DNA of 64,000 nucleotides from Eledone cirrhosa (taxonomy: Eukaryota). This document shows, piece by piece, positions 57,918-64,000 of the stretch. Where the stretch lies: NCBI GenBank assembly GCA_964016885.1, contig OZ024747.1, positions 60,016,001 through 60,080,000 on the forward strand. Reading direction: 5' to 3'. The notes under the pieces were generated by a model that was given only the letters and a program-made list of their open reading frames with translations, was not told the origin of the DNA and searched no databases. Each line of letters starts with the position of its first letter. Position 1 is the stretch's first letter. The translations under genes were made by a program, and so were the position numbers.

Positions 57918-58698
57918 CATCATCATCATCATCGTTTAATGCTTGCATGGGTTTGGACGGGAGTTTTCCCACTTGAGGCAAGAGTGGTTGTCATTGCTCG
58001 CATTGCTGGCGGGTTTTCTACAGCTGGATGCCCTTCTTAACACGAACCACATTTACAGTGTGGGGCTGGGAGGTTTTTACCGTGTTGCCTACATGGCCAC
58101 ATTACAGCGTGAACTGTGTGTTTTTTTGTCGTGACACCTACACGATCTCATTTGTTTCGGCCTGGATGTTGTGGCACCAACATAACTTTACATTGAAAGG
58201 GGCGGTATGGATGGGGTGAGGGAGGTGGGACGGGGTGTATTTTGTTAGAGATGCCTACTGACTGTAGTAGGTTTTACTTTGTATTTAGGTAAGGCGGGTC
58301 TTCTTTATTACTGAGTACCGCCAAAGGTCTCGGTCCAGTGACATTGTCTTGGAGAGGTGTAAGTGTGTGAGGTCGGAATTTATCAGCTCGTCCCAGGTTT
58401 TTCTGGGTCTGCCTACTCCGTGGCTACCGTCTATCTTTATTGCCCTGCACTTTGTTATACAGCTGTCGTCTTTCATGCGCATCATGTGACCATACCAACG
58501 TAGCCTTCTCTCAAGTAAACAACATCTGATCCCTCTTATTTCTAATTTTTTCCTTAGTTCGTTTATGCTTTGCCATTCACGTATATTACTATTACACATC
58601 CAGCGGAGCATGCAAGCTTCGTTCCTCTCTAGTCTGCGTATATCCTCTGCACACAATGCCCAGGTCTCACTGCCATGCAACATTGCTGTTCGTATGCA

Positions 58699-58700
<2 letters not shown>
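57918..58700 (-). mobile_element. 5'-truncated RTE family B LINE (ORF end plus full 3' UTR)
   Basis: ACIRTAMLHGSETWAL...RRLRWYGHMMRM...GRPRKTW...KKTRLT* (stop at 58285), followed by a ~370-bp UTR and (GAT)n. Confidence 0.9.
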
Positions 58701-58740
<40 letters not shown>

Positions 58741-58999
58741 GTGTGTATATACACACACACACAAAGGGCTTCTAAAGTTGTTGTCTACCAACGTCCACTG
58801 AGAAGGCAGTGGTCAACCCAAGGCTTTAGTAGAAGACACCAAATTTGTCCCACAGCTTTATTGAACACTTTAACCACTCAGGCATGCCTCGGTTATCATA
58901 TTTAAATGTTATTTTCCCTAAACTTCTGTCTTCACCTGAAGTTCCATTATAAAAGTAGGAACTTTCTGAAGAGCAGCTAACTGTATCTATCCTGAATAA

Positions 59000-59640
59000 G
59001 GTGGTTGTGCTGGTGATATTACAAAAAGCACCCAGTCCACCCTGTAGAGTGGTTGTGCCAGTGACATGACAAAAAGCACCCAGTCCACCCTGTAGAGTGG
59101 TTGTGCCGGTGACATGACAAAAAGCACCCAGTCCACCCTGTAGAGTGGTTGTGCCAGTGACATGACAAAAAGCACCCAGTTCATCCTGTAAGGTGGTTGT
59201 GCTGGTAACATGACAAAAAGCACCCAGTTCATCCTGTAAGGTGGTTGTGCTGGTAACATGACTAAAAGCACCCAGTCCACCCTGTAAGGAGTTTGTTCTG
59301 GTGACACAACAAAAAAGCGCCCAATTCAACCTGTAAGGTGGTCACGATGGTAAGACAAATACCACCCAGTCCACCCTGTAAGGTAGTGATGCTGGTGACA
59401 TGAAAACTATCCAGTCCACTATTAGATGGTCATTTTGGTGTCATGATAAAAAGCACCCAGTCCACACTCTAATGTGGCTGGTGTTAGGAAGGGCCTCCAG
59501 TCATAGAAACCAAGCCAAAATAGATGTCTGTATGAGCAAGAGGTGGTCACCTGATCTGATTTGTCTCATACCATGATGATCCTTCTAACTCATGCAAGCA
59601 TGGAAAATGGATGTTAAATGCTGATGATGATGATGATGAT
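59000..59640 (+). repeat. 48-bp minisatellite running into an RTE-B-type 3' end
   Basis: Unit GGTTGTGCCAGTGACATGACAAAAAGCACCCAGTCCACCCTGTAGAGT, then GGTGTTAGGAAGGGCCTCC and (GAT)n. Confidence 0.85.
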
Positions 59641-60314
59641 AAATCCTATACCAGTTTAGAATCCCTATTTGGCAAGCACTTTAATTGGCACAAATTTTCT
59701 TTAGAATGAATAGTCTATCAGTTTAGAATTAGCCAGGAATTGCTCTCTATTTAGCTTCTGGCTAGAAGTGAACACAGATTAAGAATATGCCGTTAAATTG
59801 AAAGGTATATTTAGTGAAAGAGTGAGTTTCTGTATGACTATAAAATCTATTAATAAAAGGTAAATATGTCTTTAAGAACCATTTTATTTTCCTTGATATA
59901 TACTTTTTTACATTTCAACTGAGATGTTTAAAGACCCTTCTGAAAAATCAATATCATGAATTATTACTTTAAAACTTATTTTTAGTAAGCAAGCTCCCTG
60001 ATACTTTCTCCAATAAAGGTTTAAATTTCCCACTTCTGATTAATATGGCTGGTATCACCTCCAAGGAAAATAGGTGTGCCACCGCAACCATTGTACTGAA
60101 ATTTACTTGAGTAAAATACAAGATATTTCTGCTGCTAGAAATTATTTGGCTACAAACAATGTAAAATCTTATCTTTCTCTCAGTTTTAGTTTCTTCAGAT
60201 AACAAATGAAAACAAAAACAATTCTTCAGTTCAAAATATAAAGTTGTTAAATAGTAAAAAAAAAAAATCACTATTTATTTTTTTTATATCTTTTCTTTCT
60301 TTTGTGAGAATTAT

Positions 60315-60645
60315 CAGTCATATTAGTAGTTGCAGTGGCACTCTGTCGGTTACAACGATGGGTATTCCTGTTGATATGATCAACAGAACAGCCTGCTCAT
60401 GCAAGTGGCTGAGCATTCTACAAATACTGACACCTTTAATGTAGTTCTCAGGGATATTCAGCATGACAGAGAATTTGACATGGTTAACCCTCCAAATAAC
60501 AGGTACAACTCACTTTTACCAACTGAGTGAACTGGAGCAACATAAAATAAAGTGTCTTGCACAAGGACATAGTGCACTGCTGGAAATGGGACTCACAACC
60601 TTACGATTGTGAGCCAAATACCCTAACCACAAAGCCATGCACCTT
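60315..60645 (-). mobile_element. tRNA-headed SINE
   Basis: Minus strand GGTGCATGGCTTTGTGGTTAGGG...GTCCTTGTGCAAGACACTT. Confidence 0.7.
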
Positions 60646-61147
60646 TAGACCATATTAGTAATAGCTTTTGTAACAAACAGAAACATTTTAACGAATTTAT
60701 TGGCCACCCCTTGCATAGATTAGTATTACAACTAATATTAGCTATTACTAATATTGGTAGTATGTCTCTTATACATACAAATAGTAGGTTTTCTTTTTGT
60801 CTCCTTGGCTTACTAATAATATTTAACAAATTTCTCAGGAGAAAGTAAAGAACTAGAAATACAACAACAACAAGATCATTTCTCCCTGCTAAAGCAGTAG
60901 TTAGCTTTATAGGCTCCATGTCAAACTTCTCCACTTTTTTATATTTGCCCCCCACAACAAACCCTTTTCTTTCATTTCTTCCTCCATTATTTTAAACTAT
61001 TTTGTTCTTGGTCTTTCCCACCCTCTATCTCCTAGATTCATTTTATCTCCCTCTAGATTTCTCTCACCCAGTCACTTTCATCCTTCTTCAACACATGACC
61101 CAACCATCTCACACTATTTTTCTTCCCAATGAGATAATGAGATCGAG

Positions 61148-61410
61148 ATCGTGTAGGTGTCACGACAAAAAACACACAGTCCACGCTGTAATGTGGCCGT
61201 GTAGGTAACACGGTAAAAAGTTCCCAGTTCCACACTGTAAATGTGGTTGGTGTTAGAATGGGCATCCAGCCATAGAAAACCTGCCAGATAGTCCTATATG
61301 AGCGAGACACGGTCACCCGACCAACCTTGCTTCAAGTGGGACAACTCCCGTCTAACCCATGCTAGCGTGGAAAATGGACGTGAAACGAAGAAGATGATGA
61401 TGATGATGAA
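61148..61410 (+). mobile_element. RTE family B 3' UTR fragment
   Basis: Homologous to 7850-8098. Confidence 0.8.
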
Positions 61411-62981
61411 CATTCATTCCTGGCTTTGCAGTTCAGGGTTTGTCTCCATCTCTCTTCCTCAGCAATACTCCACTCATCTACTAGACTATTTACATTCTTT
61501 CCAGCTTTTTCTACTGCTCCATGTTCATTGCCCATGTATTGCTCCCATAAATCATAGCACTCTCACACATGAAGCATATATAAACTAGTAATGACTTTTA
61601 TAATTATATAACATATATGATTATGAAGCTGAGATAATTCATATAAATAAAATATACCTGTTAACTACCAAACAGTGTACTACAACCGTTAGAAATTATA
61701 TAGTATAAAGCATGTTTGTATTTGTTGCTGTAACACATACTTTTGGCCGAGGGAGTCAGTTAAGTGAAGGAAATGGTTCAGTCTTGTACAATATTGATTT
61801 TATTTCTATCTAAGTGTTGCTCAACTGGTTTAGTAGTTAAAAATATTGATTTCACACACAACAGTAAAAGTGGCTTAGCACTTGTATATTTATCTTTTCT
61901 GACCTGTTTAGTCATATGCCATACTTTCTAGCAGCAGTGAAATGAAATATTCTCCACCAACTAGCACGATTATTTCACCACATTTATACCATTGCTGCAC
62001 ACTTTACTTACTCATGACTTCATTCAATCTCATTATTACAAACATAAATAATTCTTTGATTCTAAAAATAACAATGAAAGAAGCCCAACTATTTGTATTT
62101 TTGTTGTTAATGTTGCTGTTGTTAATCATTTTGCTACAAAACAGCCTCAAATTACCCCTCATTCTGCAATATTAAAATTTATCTAAATATGCTCACTCAT
62201 AATTTTATGTGAAAACCTTTGTTAACATATGCTCCAAACACCAGTTTAATAATGAGGAAATTATTTTACTAAATCTCTTTAAATTCTTGATTGTTTTATA
62301 AATTAATTGAAAACCATAAACATGGTTTTCATTTGAAATATCACAATAAATGAGTTAAGTTCAATAAAAGATAAATCCTCATCAATGAAACTTATGGAGG
62401 ATCCATCATTGTACTAACACTTCACTGTTGTTCCTAATCCCAGAAAACCTCAGACCAGACTGCAGCATATGTTCAGTTATTTCTTGTATCATCTGGGATA
62501 TGTCTTCCCTTAATATGGCCTCCAAATGTTGTGTAGATGGTGGGGTGTTTAGGACATTCTCATTGTGACAAGCAATTCACTGTTGAAATCATTCTGCAAA
62601 ATACTTCTACTTCTCTTGCTGTTGGCACTTCATTGGGTTCTATTTTTAAAACATCTGAAGATCAGCTTAAGGAAACTATGTTTCCCTTGGTCTTTCCATT
62701 GCTGATGCTATCTACTGGTTGCAACCCCTTGACAGAAGGAGATGAGATTTGAACACAGAATGTTCAGATAGAATTAAGCTAGATGCAACAAAGTTTTCTG
62801 TCTGATTCTAACAATTCTGTTAATCTACCACCCCTAGACCAGTAATTTATCAACCTTGACAGGATAAAAGGCAAAGCTAAATATGGCAGGAATTGAACAC
62901 AGTGTGGAATGAACCAGAATTAATGCCACAGCATTTACTCCTATGTTCTAACAATTCTGCCAAGTTCTATTTAATGTTTAA

Positions 62982-63435
62982 TTATTATTATTATTATTTC
63001 CATTATTTTTATTATGCATCATTACTGCTTTACCGAGCACCTTGGTATGAGCAGTGTAGTTTTTACTGATGTTGTTTCTGTTGTATTGGTAGTACTTTTT
63101 GTAATATGTGTGCAGTGTCTAGTAGTGCTATCTTTTTTATGCTGTATATATTTGTAAGTCCTGGGGTTTTGGTTATGTATTTGTCTGTGTGTGTTTTTTT
63201 TTATCATTCCTACAGCACCTATTATTATAGGTAGTGTTTCTGTTTTTATTTTCCTCATTCGAATTATTTCTATCTCTAGATCTTTATATTTGGAGAGTTT
63301 CTCTATTTCCTTGGAAGATATATTGTCGTCTGTGGGGATTGATACATCTATTAGAAAGCTTTTTTTTCTTTTTGTGGTCTTTGACTTTAATATCGGGTTA
63401 GTTGGCTCTCTCTGTATGTATTGGCATATCCCATT
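62982..63435 (-). mobile_element. R4/Dong-like LINE 3' end (restriction-like endonuclease domain) between (TAA)n tracts
   Basis: FLIDVSIPTDDNISSKEIEKLSKYKDLEIEIIRM..IKTETLPIIIGAVG; (TAA)n on both sides. Confidence 0.8.
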
Positions 63436-63569
63436 AATAATATTATTATTATTATTATTATTATCATTATTATTATTATTATATGTATACAGATTTGATT
63501 CCCACAAAGGCATGTTAGACTCCATCACATTAATAACACAGTTTGCTATCCCAAACATTTCAGTGCCTA

Positions 63570-64000
63570 TGCATATGGGAATATGTCAAAGGCTTTCTTA
63601 AAGTCTATCCAAGCCATACATAATTTATTTAGACATCTTTTGCAGTTATTCATGATGATCTTGTCAACAACAAGATAGTCTTTGGTTCCCTGAAAATTTT
63701 TCATACACCCTTTCTGCTCAACAGGTAAGATCTCATTCTGAAGCAAGTGATCATACACTTCTGCAGCAAAAATGCCAGCCAACAGCTTCCAAAGCAAATT
63801 CCCACAAGCAATTGGCCTATAATTTCCAACTCACGGACCTTTCCTTTTATCCTTCATTATCAAAGCTCTCTTTCCATCAACAATTCAACTTGTACTACAT
63901 AATCATTTCAATACTTCCTTAGCCTTGAATGAACACTTTTGAATCTTTTCAATCAGAATCCTTGGATTCCATCCGGTCTAGAAGATTTCCAGTTTAACAT
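63570..64000 (-). mobile_element. R4/Dong-like RT fragment
   Basis: GNYRPIACGNLLWKLLAGI...ILPVEQKGC...TKDYLVVDKII...LCMAWIDFKKAFD. Confidence 0.8.

Noticed and set aside
62650-62700. Hammerhead-like CTGAAGA...GAAA...GTC
   Set aside because: Stem I does not pair, and the segment matches a repeat seen at about 15470-15510 and 40010-40060.

Overview
This is AT-rich, repeat-dominated eukaryotic genomic DNA. The microsatellite load and the SINE/LINE content suggest an octopus or another coleoid cephalopod, but that is an inference. The window appears to be almost entirely intron of a cytosolic carboxypeptidase gene (best match AGBL4/CCP6): I could find only one 115-bp coding exon (30490-30604, +). 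Nearly all long ORFs in the track are microsatellite or minisatellite artefacts. The rest is transposon debris: at least four RTE-clade LINE families, CR1-like and R4/Dong-like LINE fragments, tRNA-headed SINEs, TTAA-flanked MITEs, a Helitron remnant, a decayed hATm-like transposase and several minisatellites. The most notable signal is five type I hammerhead-ribozyme-like motifs (CTGANGA...GAAA...NUH with pairable stems I-III). Four of them are paired with an inverted copy of their own 3' flank, which resembles Penelope-like or retrozyme terminal repeats. Other points of interest are LINE 3' ends landing systematically in (TA)n tracts, a 48-bp LINE-UTR module amplified into minisatellites at three loci, and candidate antisense exons. 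Repeat boundaries were read by eye and are approximate.
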